In this document: positions 9,215 through 16,774 of the stretch, piece by piece
Layout of the letters: every line of letters starts with the position of its first letter
Numbering within the stretch: the first letter of the stretch is position 1
NCBI GenBank assembly: GCA_031373565.1
Contig: JANMMV010000697.1
Coordinates: 1-41,997, forward strand
Source: Saprospiraceae bacterium
GTDB lineage: Bacteria > Bacteroidota > Bacteroidia > Chitinophagales > Saprospiraceae
Reading direction: 5' to 3'
DNA length: 41,997 nucleotides
Position numbers and translations under genes: made by a program
The notes under the pieces: model-generated
Databases searched by the model: none
Told to the model about the DNA's origin: nothing
The model's input: only the letters and a program-made list of their open reading frames with translations

Positions 9215-9235
9215 AAAGCCATTTCGTATGGCTTT
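9215..9235 (+). terminator. Weak hairpin downstream of the IS110 recombinase gene
   Basis: AAAGCCAT-TTCGT-ATGGCTTT forms an 8-bp stem with a 5-nt loop. The T tract after it is short (the stem's own TTT, then CTT). Confidence 0.3.
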
Positions 9236-9333
9236 TCTTAACGGCCATCTTGTGTATCATTTTTATCCAGATTTCTTGCTAAACACAAAATTCTACACAA
9301 TCCCTAGACATCATGTGGTTGTCTTATGCAAAC

Positions 9334-9492
9334 CGCGGGTTATGTACGGGTTATGTACGAGTTGTATACGGGTTGTGTACGAGTTGTGTACGAGTTGTAT
9401 ACGGGTGAGCTACGGGTTGCATACGGGTTGCATACGGGTGAACTACGGGTGAGCTACGGGGCAACGTCGGGACAACGTCGGGACAACCTCGG
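9334..9492. repeat. Tandem array of 14 complete 11-bp units plus one partial unit, consensus TACGGGTTGTG, in strict register with no indels
   Basis: I parsed the units by hand; unit starts are at 9334, 9345, 9356 ... 9477, 9488. CG at unit positions 3-4 and G at position 6 are invariant. The variable tail drifts from TTATG to TTGTG/TTGTA, then TGAGC/TTGCA, then ACAAC along the array. Confidence 0.9.
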
Positions 9493-9885
9493 AAAAATGA
9501 CGCACTATCTATGGGACCGGATAACGATTTATGTCGTCCTGAAATAGCTAAACATGTTAAGCAATTAATCCAAAAACAACTAAACAGTTTGTAAAATTAA
9601 TCCAAAAAAACTAAAAAACTCATTTTTTTATTTATAGTAGATTAATAAATTTGCGATACTGAATAAACATCAAAAATAGGTAATTTTTTGGTCGATGATG
9701 CAATCTCGTATTCTCACCAAAAGCAAAATAATCTATGGCATAGGCTCGTAGGTATTCTTTAACTTTGTCGCATGTAGCCTTCAGATCGTGCATAATTGGC
9801 ATATTCAAGGTCGTTGACAATGCACTAATATGCTAATTTTCAATAATATCTGCGATCTTTTTTTTAATTTTTTAAGCTCAACACG

Positions 9886-11043
9886 TCACTTTATTCTATT
9901 GTATTTTTTTAACAAATCTATGACTAATTTATGCGGGAGACCATAAGCTTTGTTTCCATTAATGCCTTCCATAGTTTCAGCCGCAACCATAGCATTAATA
10001 ATGGCTTCTTCAACCGCCTGCACAGTCGCATCAAATAAAGGGTTGATTAAATCATTGGGCAATTCGGCCAATTTTGTGAAATTTTCTCGCTGAAAAGCGG
10101 ATGGGTTTGCAGTGGAAAATGCAATAAAAATATCACCGGAACCGTTTTCACCACGGCCTCCAACGATACCTATTCCCAATGGAACTCTTGTGGCAATTCT
10201 TTTAAGTTGATGGGGCAGTAAAGGAGCATCAGTAGCCACTACTACTATAATGGAACCATCTCCTAATTGATAAGATGGCGGAGCTTTAAATTCGTAGTTC
10301 ATCGTATCTTTTAATTCCTTTCCGATAGGAACACCGGCAATTGTAAAATTCTTTTTACCTCCAAAATTTGATTGTACCAAAACCCCAACCGTGTAAGTAG
10401 AGTCTTTAACTTTTACAACTCTAGAAGAAGTACCTGTGCCACCCTTAAAGCCCAAACACATCATTCCTGTGCCGCCACCCACATTTCCTTCTTGTAAATA
10501 TCCCGGTTTGGCACTGTCTAGTGCTTCATAAGCATTTTCTTCCTTTACATGGAAACCATAAATATCATTTAAAAAACCATCATAGGTTTCTGCTACCACA
10601 GGATAGGTGTACCAAAAGTCTTCATTGTACCAGCCCGTTTTCACATACCATTTTAACACGGCATCCCTTACCACACCCACGCTGTTGGTATTGGTTATCA
10701 TAATGGGGCCTTCTAGAAACCCTGATTCTGTTATCCACGTGGTGCCTGTCATTTCGCCGTTGCCATTTAACGAATACCAATTGGCAAAAACGGGGTTGTT
10801 GTTTCTGCCCCTCGGCAATATAGCTGTAACACCTGTTCTGATGGGTCCTTTACCTCTTACGTTTTGGCCTTGGCCTGCAATAATAGTACTATATCCAACT
10901 TCCACACCTTTGACATCGGTTATGGCATTATATTTACCAGTAGTACCGTTGAACGGAATTCCGATGTCTCGGGCCCTGGGATTTTGGGATAAAACGGCAA
11001 AAGGGATGAGGATAAAGAGCAGGAAAATGTTATTTCTTCTCAT
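9886..11043 (-). CDS. Secreted DmpA/BapA-type aminopeptidase (peptidase family S58 / P1)
   Basis: Start taken at MRRNNIFLLFILIPFAVLSQ (signal peptide); the ORF is open to 11103. Family hallmarks: ITDVKGVEVGYSTI, GVTAILP, GGGTGMMCLGFKGGTGTSSR and IIVVVATDAPL. Confidence 0.8.
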   Translation of the reverse strand: MRRNNIFLLFILIPFAVLSQNPRARDIGIPFNGTTGKYNAITDVKGVEVGYSTIIAGQGQNVRGKGPIRTGVTAILPRGRNNNPVFANWYSLNGNGEMTGTTWITESGFLEGPIMITNTNSVGVVRDAVLKWYVKTGWYNEDFWYTYPVVAETYDGFLNDIYGFHVKEENAYEALDSAKPGYLQEGNVGGGTGMMCLGFKGGTGTSSRVVKVKDSTYTVGVLVQSNFGGKKNFTIAGVPIGKELKDTMNYEFKAPPSYQLGDGSIIVVVATDAPLLPHQLKRIATRVPLGIGIVGGRGENGSGDIFIAFSTANPSAFQRENFTKLAELPNDLINPLFDATVQAVEEAIINAMVAAETMEGINGNKAYGLPHKLVIDLLKKYNRIK

Positions 11044-11121
11044 TTGGATAATTGATTTTTTGATTAAAAAATTGAAAAAATATTGATTGGTAGCAATGGG
11101 CAATTCAGTTAGGTTGATTTT

Positions 11122-11571
11122 TTAACTTCGTTTGATTAACGTTGAGTGAAGGTGTTTTACCTTCCACCTTTTTTTTTCTTTTGCTAAAATTGCGGTTTCC
11201 AGCCAATGCACCGTTGCTTGATTTCCGTCCTTGGTTATTGCTGAACTAAGCCGATACGTAACCCATGCCGTTTTTTTATCTGTTCTGGTTTTGATGAAAT
11301 CAAAAGTATTGGTACGCTTAAAATCTGTTGCCTTATTCATTGTGATTGCTTTCTTGATAAGCGAATCTAAATTCCATACCTGTCCATATTCGTACAAGGA
11401 GATATCAGTGGTAGAATAAGTTTTCAGGCTGACTGAATCATGGTTCGAGATAGCTTCAAAAAAATTCACCACAGTATATTTTGCATCTTGCTGGTCTTTG
11501 GTAGAAGTTTGCTGGGCTAGCAACAAAGTTGAAACAGAAGTAAGAATGATGAAAAGGGATTCTTTTTTCAT
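11122..11571 (-). CDS. Small secreted NTF2-fold protein (SnoaL/DUF4440-like)
   Basis: 149 aa with signal peptide MKKESLFIILTSVSTLLLAQ. The overall pattern (VVNFFEAISNHDSVSLKTY...AWVTYRLS...HWLETAILAKEKKRWKVKHLHST) is typical of the NTF2-like cone fold. Confidence 0.55.
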   Translation of the reverse strand: MKKESLFIILTSVSTLLLAQQTSTKDQQDAKYTVVNFFEAISNHDSVSLKTYSTTDISLYEYGQVWNLDSLIKKAITMNKATDFKRTNTFDFIKTRTDKKTAWVTYRLSSAITKDGNQATVHWLETAILAKEKKRWKVKHLHSTLIKRS

Positions 11572-11738
11572 TTTTGAATTTGTTTTTTCGTTAAAAAATT
11601 AGGTCTTTTCATCCCATATTTACTTGATAGTTGGCGCATCTACTACAATAATGAGCCGATTACATGTTTTATACCGCTCAATATGTAAATAGTGGCGAAT
11701 GTGCTTTATTTTACAAACAAATCTACCACCATTTTTCT

Positions 11739-13259
11739 TTATGAGCTTGTCTCTCTGTCTAATACTTCAAGAACTTTATTGTAATAATCAGTGGCACTTT
11801 CCATCGTTCTTCCGATACTTACTAGACCTAATTTGCCATATTGAGATAATGCACTAATCAGGTGGAACATAACTCCTTCTTCTTTTGAATTGTCATAGTG
11901 TAAGCCATTGTACATAGCAATATCTATAAGATCTAGCGGAGTCAAACCTTTATATTGATCGTTCTGTAGATTATCGGTTGCAAAATAAAATCTTTCCGTT
12001 CCGTCTGGTAGAATAAATGAGCCATTACTTTCGTCATATACACCATTAGTGAGAAACTGCAACATAAGGTATGGATGCGTAGTCCCCCCTTTTCTGAGAT
12101 TTATTTCAATAGCATAATGCGTCCAAACATCGTTTTTAAGCACACTCATAAAGTCAATTCCAAATCTACCCAAGACGCCCAGAGATGACATTTTGGTGGC
12201 TATTTCCCGGCAAATATTGCCCAATTCTACGGCATAATCTTTGTTAGCAGGAAATGTGGCTCCCAAAAATACCTGACCGCTTTCTCCGCCTAGACATTGA
12301 TCGTGGGTAGAGATGATGCATATTTCTCCCAATGGATCAATTCTGCATTGCACAGACGGTGATGTAAGGATCTCGCCGACAATAAATTCTTCGACAATAC
12401 CGCCAAAACTAATAAATTTCTTTAGATACTGGTCGTATCTAACATTTTCCGCTACAATTTTAGTTTTCAGGATGATATTTTCTCTTACCCACGACTCCAG
12501 TATCGATGGATCAGCAGGAGCTCCATCGTAGGAAAAGATGGCATTGCCATCACCCGAAAATCCATCATTAATTTTGATTACAGCCTTGTGGACGTGGGGG
12601 TTTTCAACTTTTAAATGATACAATGCTTTTATGATATCATCTTCATTTTCAAGGTATTCTATTCCTTTCGGGAGAAGGATGTTTAATTCCTTAAATAAAG
12701 TTCTGCAGCCGCTTTTTGTACCTAAATAATTTAAAGCGGGATCGCATCCATAAATCGGTAGATTTAAATTTAGCGCTAGTGTTTTTTCAAATTCTGTTAC
12801 ATTAAAAAATACAAGATGTGCTGGATATTCAGCAGGAATACTCTTTTTTATCCTCTGTATGAGTCTCGGACGTTTTAATATTTTTTCAGTTAATGATACA
12901 TTTCCTGCATCATAACAACTCAGTAATGTTAAACGTTTTCTGGCATGCTCAGCTATGATACCAGGTAGCATATGCAAATAATAGTCTATGATGATGGGTG
13001 CTATGGGAACACTAGTGATAAAGGTGAGAAAAGTTTCTGGCATTTTCAGTAATAACAACATACACAACATTCTCTCTTCGTAGTAATAATGACCTTTCAC
13101 CCTAGATAGAATTTGCTGGTCCAGTGTAAGGCTCGGAATTACTACAACGGCACGTCGCGCCAGCCTATCATTGAAAACTTCTGCATACTGTTCAGCAAGC
13201 GCATCCTGCAATTCTTCAAATCTGCGATCAGAAGCATTTGTTAAATTATATTCCATCAT
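11739..13259 (-). CDS. PGM1-like ATP-grasp protein (pre-ATP-grasp + ATP-grasp; putative carboxylate-amine/peptide ligase)
   Basis: VVVIPSLTLDQQIL...YEERMLCMLLLLKMP...IIIDYYLHMLPGIIAEHARKRLTLLS...GTKSGCRTLFKE matches, from memory, the conserved cyanobacterial/Bacteroidota family related to the pheganomycin peptide ligase PGM1. Confidence 0.65.
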   Translation of the reverse strand: MMEYNLTNASDRRFEELQDALAEQYAEVFNDRLARRAVVVIPSLTLDQQILSRVKGHYYYEERMLCMLLLLKMPETFLTFITSVPIAPIIIDYYLHMLPGIIAEHARKRLTLLSCYDAGNVSLTEKILKRPRLIQRIKKSIPAEYPAHLVFFNVTEFEKTLALNLNLPIYGCDPALNYLGTKSGCRTLFKELNILLPKGIEYLENEDDIIKALYHLKVENPHVHKAVIKINDGFSGDGNAIFSYDGAPADPSILESWVRENIILKTKIVAENVRYDQYLKKFISFGGIVEEFIVGEILTSPSVQCRIDPLGEICIISTHDQCLGGESGQVFLGATFPANKDYAVELGNICREIATKMSSLGVLGRFGIDFMSVLKNDVWTHYAIEINLRKGGTTHPYLMLQFLTNGVYDESNGSFILPDGTERFYFATDNLQNDQYKGLTPLDLIDIAMYNGLHYDNSKEEGVMFHLISALSQYGKLGLVSIGRTMESATDYYNKVLEVLDRETSS

Positions 13260-13508
13260 ACTAAAAAATTTTAGTAAAATTAGACAAAATTATTAAATAC
13301 AAGATGATCTCAATCATTTCTGATGTTGATAAAGATTAGATCGACATTATCACTGTTTCAACAACAAAGCGCAGGAGTACCAAAGATGTATTTAGTTCCT
13401 TTTCGTGATAATATTTTTTAATTGAAAATCAAGATGCCCGCATTGCTATATCACAAAAGCAAGTTGATCTGCAAATTTGGCTCATGTTACTTCTCAATGT
13501 ATTTTATT

Positions 13509-13536
13509 GCCTACTCAGATCGGTTTTCGCTTACCC
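13509..13536 (-). repeat. Copy 3 (most diverged) of a ~28-nt intergenic motif AAGC(C)GAAAACC....GAGTAGGC
   Basis: The minus strand reads GGGTAAGCGAAAACCGATCTGAGTAGGC. It lies about 250 nt upstream of the ATP-grasp start codon. Confidence 0.4.
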
Positions 13537-13798
13537 GTGTTGTTATTTCTTTTTCCAGCCCAAAACAATTTCTGTACTCAGCAGTGCTATCGCCCATGAT
13601 AACCAAACCATGGTTGTACCTTTCTCTCTTCAAAAGTACTTATCATCAGATGCGCTATTGGTAAATCAACAAGCCAACAAAAATTAACAAAAGCAAATGT
13701 GAATACGATTGCCGTGCGCACGGGTTTCTGCAAGCCCCGCGTTTTGTTATTTAATTAAAAAAAATGAGAGAGTACAGAGAATGTATTTTCTCATTTTT

Positions 13799-13830
13799 AA
13801 AAAGGAAGAGCCTGCTGCTAGACTCTTCCT
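13799..13830 (-). terminator. Rho-independent terminator of the 13961-14704 gene
   Basis: AGGAAGAG (13803-13810) pairs with CTCTTCCT (13823-13830) as an 8-bp stem with a 12-nt loop. A T5 run follows on the minus strand (A-run 13799-13803 on +). Confidence 0.55.
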
Positions 13831-13960
13831 TTATGGTTTTTGAATAGGAATTATGCGGTACGTTTTTGAGAAAACGTCATGTTTAGTCTATTTTGATAAA
13901 TCTCCCCACCCGGCATAAAGTCCTTGATGGAGAGATATTATACTAACAAAACAATTATCT

Positions 13961-14704
13961 TTATTTAGAACTTAAGTCCTTACGCATGAATAAAAGTTCG
14001 CTCCAGCTGTCGTTGATGTACTCGCTAGCATTGTCTAGGTACTCTTCCCATGATCCTTCGCCATTGACTGACTCATAGGTACCTTTGAATGGTTTGCGAT
14101 ATCCTACTGCTTTCTCTTTTAATCCTTGTTGAAATCTTCTGGTAAGTGTGTATTGTCCAGGACCTGATGCATTAGATGCATAAACGGCCATCGTTATGTT
14201 ATCAGCTTTCCAAGCTTTTCTCAATTCTTTAAGCATTTGTTCGACTTTATAGTCTTTGCCAAGCTTAGGATAGATATGCGTTATCTGGATTTTCTCCGTA
14301 AACGCACCCAGTGCTACCGTACTAAGAGAGTCTTGGTACACAGAATATCCAGCTGAACTCCTATCTGTCAAGTGGATAGCTACGTTTTTGTGCCAGTCCA
14401 TCATGTGCTCAGCCCCTAGATCGCCTCTCGTGTCTTCAGCAGCCCAGCTAGTAGGGCCCTCGGTGATATGATATCCACCTGCGTCGGGACCAGATTGGAT
14501 TTGGAATACTCGCCAATGATGTTCACCAGTGTGATACTTTTGGGCATGTGCTGCGAGTGCTTTTTCAAATTCCATCACTTTGTCCACTTTGGGAAAAATT
14601 CTCTGTGTGGAAATGACGTTTTTTACCTGTCCGAAGCCTATGATAGGAAGCATCAAAAGAATAAAAAGAAGGTTTTTGGTTTTTAAACTAAAATTGGTTT
14701 TCAT
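13961..14704 (-). CDS. Secreted hypothetical protein, two-lobed, possibly distantly related to the two paralogs upstream
   Basis: 247 aa with signal peptide MKTNFSLKTKNLLFILLMLPIIGFGQ. The layout is two halves of about 100 aa (beta strand, then an amphipathic helix such as KVMEFEKALAAHAQKY and YKVEQMLKELRKAWKA). I recognise no family. Confidence 0.7.
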   Translation of the reverse strand: MKTNFSLKTKNLLFILLMLPIIGFGQVKNVISTQRIFPKVDKVMEFEKALAAHAQKYHTGEHHWRVFQIQSGPDAGGYHITEGPTSWAAEDTRGDLGAEHMMDWHKNVAIHLTDRSSAGYSVYQDSLSTVALGAFTEKIQITHIYPKLGKDYKVEQMLKELRKAWKADNITMAVYASNASGPGQYTLTRRFQQGLKEKAVGYRKPFKGTYESVNGEGSWEEYLDNASEYINDSWSELLFMRKDLSSK

Positions 14705-14727
14705 AATAAAAGATTTTTTGGTGTAAT

Positions 14728-14757
14728 GCCTACTCTAATAAGGTTTTCGGCTTCGCC
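14728..14757 (-). repeat. Copy 1 of the ~28-nt intergenic motif
   Basis: The minus strand reads GGCGAAGCCGAAAACCTTATTAGAGTAGGC and ends 23 nt before the ATG at 14704. Confidence 0.5.
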
Positions 14758-14810
14758 TGGGTATTAAGAATAGTTGCTTGAGATAACACAAAGCATATAT
14801 TTTATATTTT

Positions 14811-15605
14811 TTAGTCTGTTATATCTACTAGCTCCCATACTTCTTGAGAAACCATATCTCTCAGTTCATTCAACTTAGTGGTAAAATTGGCGATATCATC
14901 CTTAGGATATACTTTTTTGTACTCATCTCCCATACCTGTTTTTCCACTTGCCCATGACAATGCCTGGTCTACGGTAGTAAAGGTAAAGCTAACTGAATAG
15001 TTACTTTCACTGATATTGGTAGCATAGGTTCGTTTCCATACATTAAATCCTTTTAGTTCCCCTGCTTTTATACACTCTTCAAGCACTGGCTTCAAAGTTT
15101 CCAATAATTTTTCATAAGCTGCACCGCTGCCCTTTTTGACATCTAAAAGATTTATTTGCACATATTCGCCTGGAATAATCTTAGCTCCAACACCCCACTT
15201 ATAGGTATAAAGATCGGTGGCTACAGTAGTTCTTACATTGTTCAATGATGTAAAAAAGTCAGATGCTTCCTTCACACTCATTGCTTTGAAACCTGTATCC
15301 CAAGTACCTTCTGCTTTCATTTCGATACCGCTAGGAAATACTGAAAGCGTAGCATAATTAAAATCCATACTGCTACCTCGTGGATATGTTCTACGGTATA
15401 GCTGCCACGAATTGATGGTCTTATTAGCAACTCTTGCATCTGCAAGCTTTCTTGATGTTTTCATGTCGATCAGAAAACTCTCATTCATATTGGGTAAAGT
15501 TTTGATATAATTTACTTCACCATAAGGGCCTTGTGCTTGACACTCGTTGAAAGAAAACAATGTAGTTAAGGCAACTACCATGATTGTTAAAGAAAATGTC
15601 TTCAT
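14811..15605 (-). CDS. Secreted protein of unknown function, paralog A
   Basis: Start taken at MKTFSLTIMVVALTTLFSFNECQAQ. The track ORF extends to 15764, but that extension reads through the conserved operator repeats. It aligns end to end with the 15898-16707 product, e.g. IKTLPNMNESFLIDMKTS.KLA..RVANK.INSWQLYRR and the C-terminal DEYKKV.PKDDIA......ELRD.VSQ...ELVDITD. Confidence 0.8.
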   Translation of the reverse strand: MKTFSLTIMVVALTTLFSFNECQAQGPYGEVNYIKTLPNMNESFLIDMKTSRKLADARVANKTINSWQLYRRTYPRGSSMDFNYATLSVFPSGIEMKAEGTWDTGFKAMSVKEASDFFTSLNNVRTTVATDLYTYKWGVGAKIIPGEYVQINLLDVKKGSGAAYEKLLETLKPVLEECIKAGELKGFNVWKRTYATNISESNYSVSFTFTTVDQALSWASGKTGMGDEYKKVYPKDDIANFTTKLNELRDMVSQEVWELVDITD

Positions 15606-15674
15606 TGTAAAAGATTTTTTTTGTTGGTTAAATAATGATTGTTTATTAAGTTTATTTTTGAGTAATTGATAATA

Positions 15675-15770
15675 CAAAGGTATGGGCAGAACAAGGATTG
15701 GAGATAGTAGAAATCTCGCAAAATATAGGAGAAATCTCGCATTCTTACCGTAAATTCTGAGCATTTTCGG
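15675..15770 (-). promoter_or_regulatory. Promoter/operator module A (leftward -7 box plus phased direct repeats)
   Basis: CAAAGGTA at 15675-15682 is TACCTTTG (TAnnTTTG) on the minus strand. GAAATCTCGCA occurs at 15710-15720 and again at 15731-15741, 21 nt start to start. A related AAATTCTGAGCA ends at 15763. Confidence 0.6.
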
Positions 15771-15832
15771 TTAATTTCGATGTTGATGATAGTTTTTAGC
15801 CTTTACAGAATAAAAGAACGTAAAAAGCTAAC

Positions 15833-15875
15833 AAAAAAAAACTGTCAGGTTTCACCTTATGGCAAAACCTGACAG
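15833..15875 (-). terminator. Strong rho-independent terminator of the 15898-16707 gene
   Basis: CTGTCAGGTTT (15842-15852) pairs with AAACCTGACAG (15865-15875) as an 11-bp stem. It is followed on the minus strand by a T9 run (A-run 15833-15841 on +). Confidence 0.8.
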
Positions 15876-15897
15876 CTAACAAAACATGGTATGATTC

Positions 15898-16707
15898 TTA
15901 ATCCGTAATATCCACCAATTCATAAAGCCCTTGCGATACTACATCTCTCAGTTCACTAAACTTGGCACTCCAAATAGCTATGTCATCCTTAGGAAATACT
16001 TTTTTGTACTCATCTCTCACATTAGTTTTTCCACTTGCCCATGATAATGCTTGGTCTAAGGTAGCAAAGCTAAAACTAACAAAATAATCAATTTCTCCAT
16101 TGACATTAGTCTTATAGGTGCGTTCCCAAACATTGAATCCTTTTAGCTTTCCAGCTTTTATAGCCTCTTCAAGCACAAGCTTATAAGATTCCAATTGTTT
16201 TTCATAGTCTGCACCCTTTCCAGTTTTTACATTGTTACTGTTTATTTGTACGTATTCGCCAGGTAGCATCTTAGATCCAACACCCATTTTGTAAGTTATA
16301 CAATCATTGGCTACTACTGTCCTTGTATTGCCAACGGATGTGTAGAAATCAGCAATATCTTTTGCACTCATTCCTTTGATGACAGCATCATTGGCGCCTT
16401 CTGCTTTCATTTCTACTCCACTTGGATATACCGCAAGGGTAAAATAATTATGATCCATACTGCTACCCGTTGGCATTGCTCTGCGATATAGTTGCCAAGA
16501 ATTGATGTTCTTATTCGCAACTCTTCCATTGGCCAATTTCTTTGATGTTTTCATGTCTATCAGAAAACTCTCATTCATGTTTGGTAAAGTTTTTATAAAA
16601 CTTACTATACCATAAGGGGCAGGTGCTGTTTGGGCTTTGATAATAGCCGATGTTGAAAATAAGGCAATGATGATTACCAATGTTGAAAGAAATTTGTTAA
16701 TTTTCAT
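15898..16707 (-). CDS. Secreted protein of unknown function, paralog B
   Basis: 269 aa with signal peptide MKINKFLSTLVIIIALFSTSAIIKAQ. By eye roughly two thirds identical to paralog A over its full length. Confidence 0.85.
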   Translation of the reverse strand: MKINKFLSTLVIIIALFSTSAIIKAQTAPAPYGIVSFIKTLPNMNESFLIDMKTSKKLANGRVANKNINSWQLYRRAMPTGSSMDHNYFTLAVYPSGVEMKAEGANDAVIKGMSAKDIADFYTSVGNTRTVVANDCITYKMGVGSKMLPGEYVQINSNNVKTGKGADYEKQLESYKLVLEEAIKAGKLKGFNVWERTYKTNVNGEIDYFVSFSFATLDQALSWASGKTNVRDEYKKVFPKDDIAIWSAKFSELRDVVSQGLYELVDITD

Positions 16708-16774
16708 TTTAAAAAAATTTTGTTGGTTAAATAATGATAGATATTTATGTTTAATATTTGAAAAATTGATACTG

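Larger units (their letters stand above)
7737..9240 (+). mobile_element. IS110-family insertion sequence (approximate extent; true ends cannot be determined from a single copy)
   Basis: Contains the DEDD recombinase gene, about 300 nt of 5' non-coding DNA and about 170 nt of 3' non-coding DNA ending in a hairpin. IS110 elements lack classical terminal inverted repeats, so the boundaries are a guess. Confidence 0.45.

Noticed and set aside
9334-9492. Possible CRISPR array
   Set aside because: The units are only 11 bp and directly abut each other with no spacers. No cas genes lie nearby.
9228-9547. Two overlapping + strand ORFs (74 and 73 aa) with repetitive peptides such as VYELCTSCIR and VYELYTG
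   Set aside because: They are read straight through the 11-bp tandem array. The 33-nt periodicity of the DNA produces the repetitive peptides in more than one frame. There is no signal of real coding.
10521-11086. A + strand 159-aa ORF and a 60-aa ORF inside the DmpA gene. The same pattern applies to 906-1235, 1686-1943, 2589-2912, 3778-4047, 5190-5465, 23598-23894 and 37562-37870 inside other genes.
   Set aside because: These are antisense or out-of-frame ORFs embedded in genes whose own frames carry clear family motifs or signal peptides. Their composition is typical of shadow ORFs in AT-rich DNA.
13422-13687. 80-aa and 67-aa + strand ORFs in the long spacer
   Set aside because: They overlap each other in different frames, are rich in Phe/Ser/Tyr/Cys, have no recognisable domain, and overlap motif copy 3. 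They are kept only as a low-interest note.
15606-15764. N-terminal extension of paralog A (MLRIYGKNARFLLYFARFLLSPILVLP...)
   Set aside because: The extension is translated from the conserved operator repeats and the -7 box, and the same DNA recurs in two non-coding contexts. Paralog B and the internal Met give a normal signal peptide.
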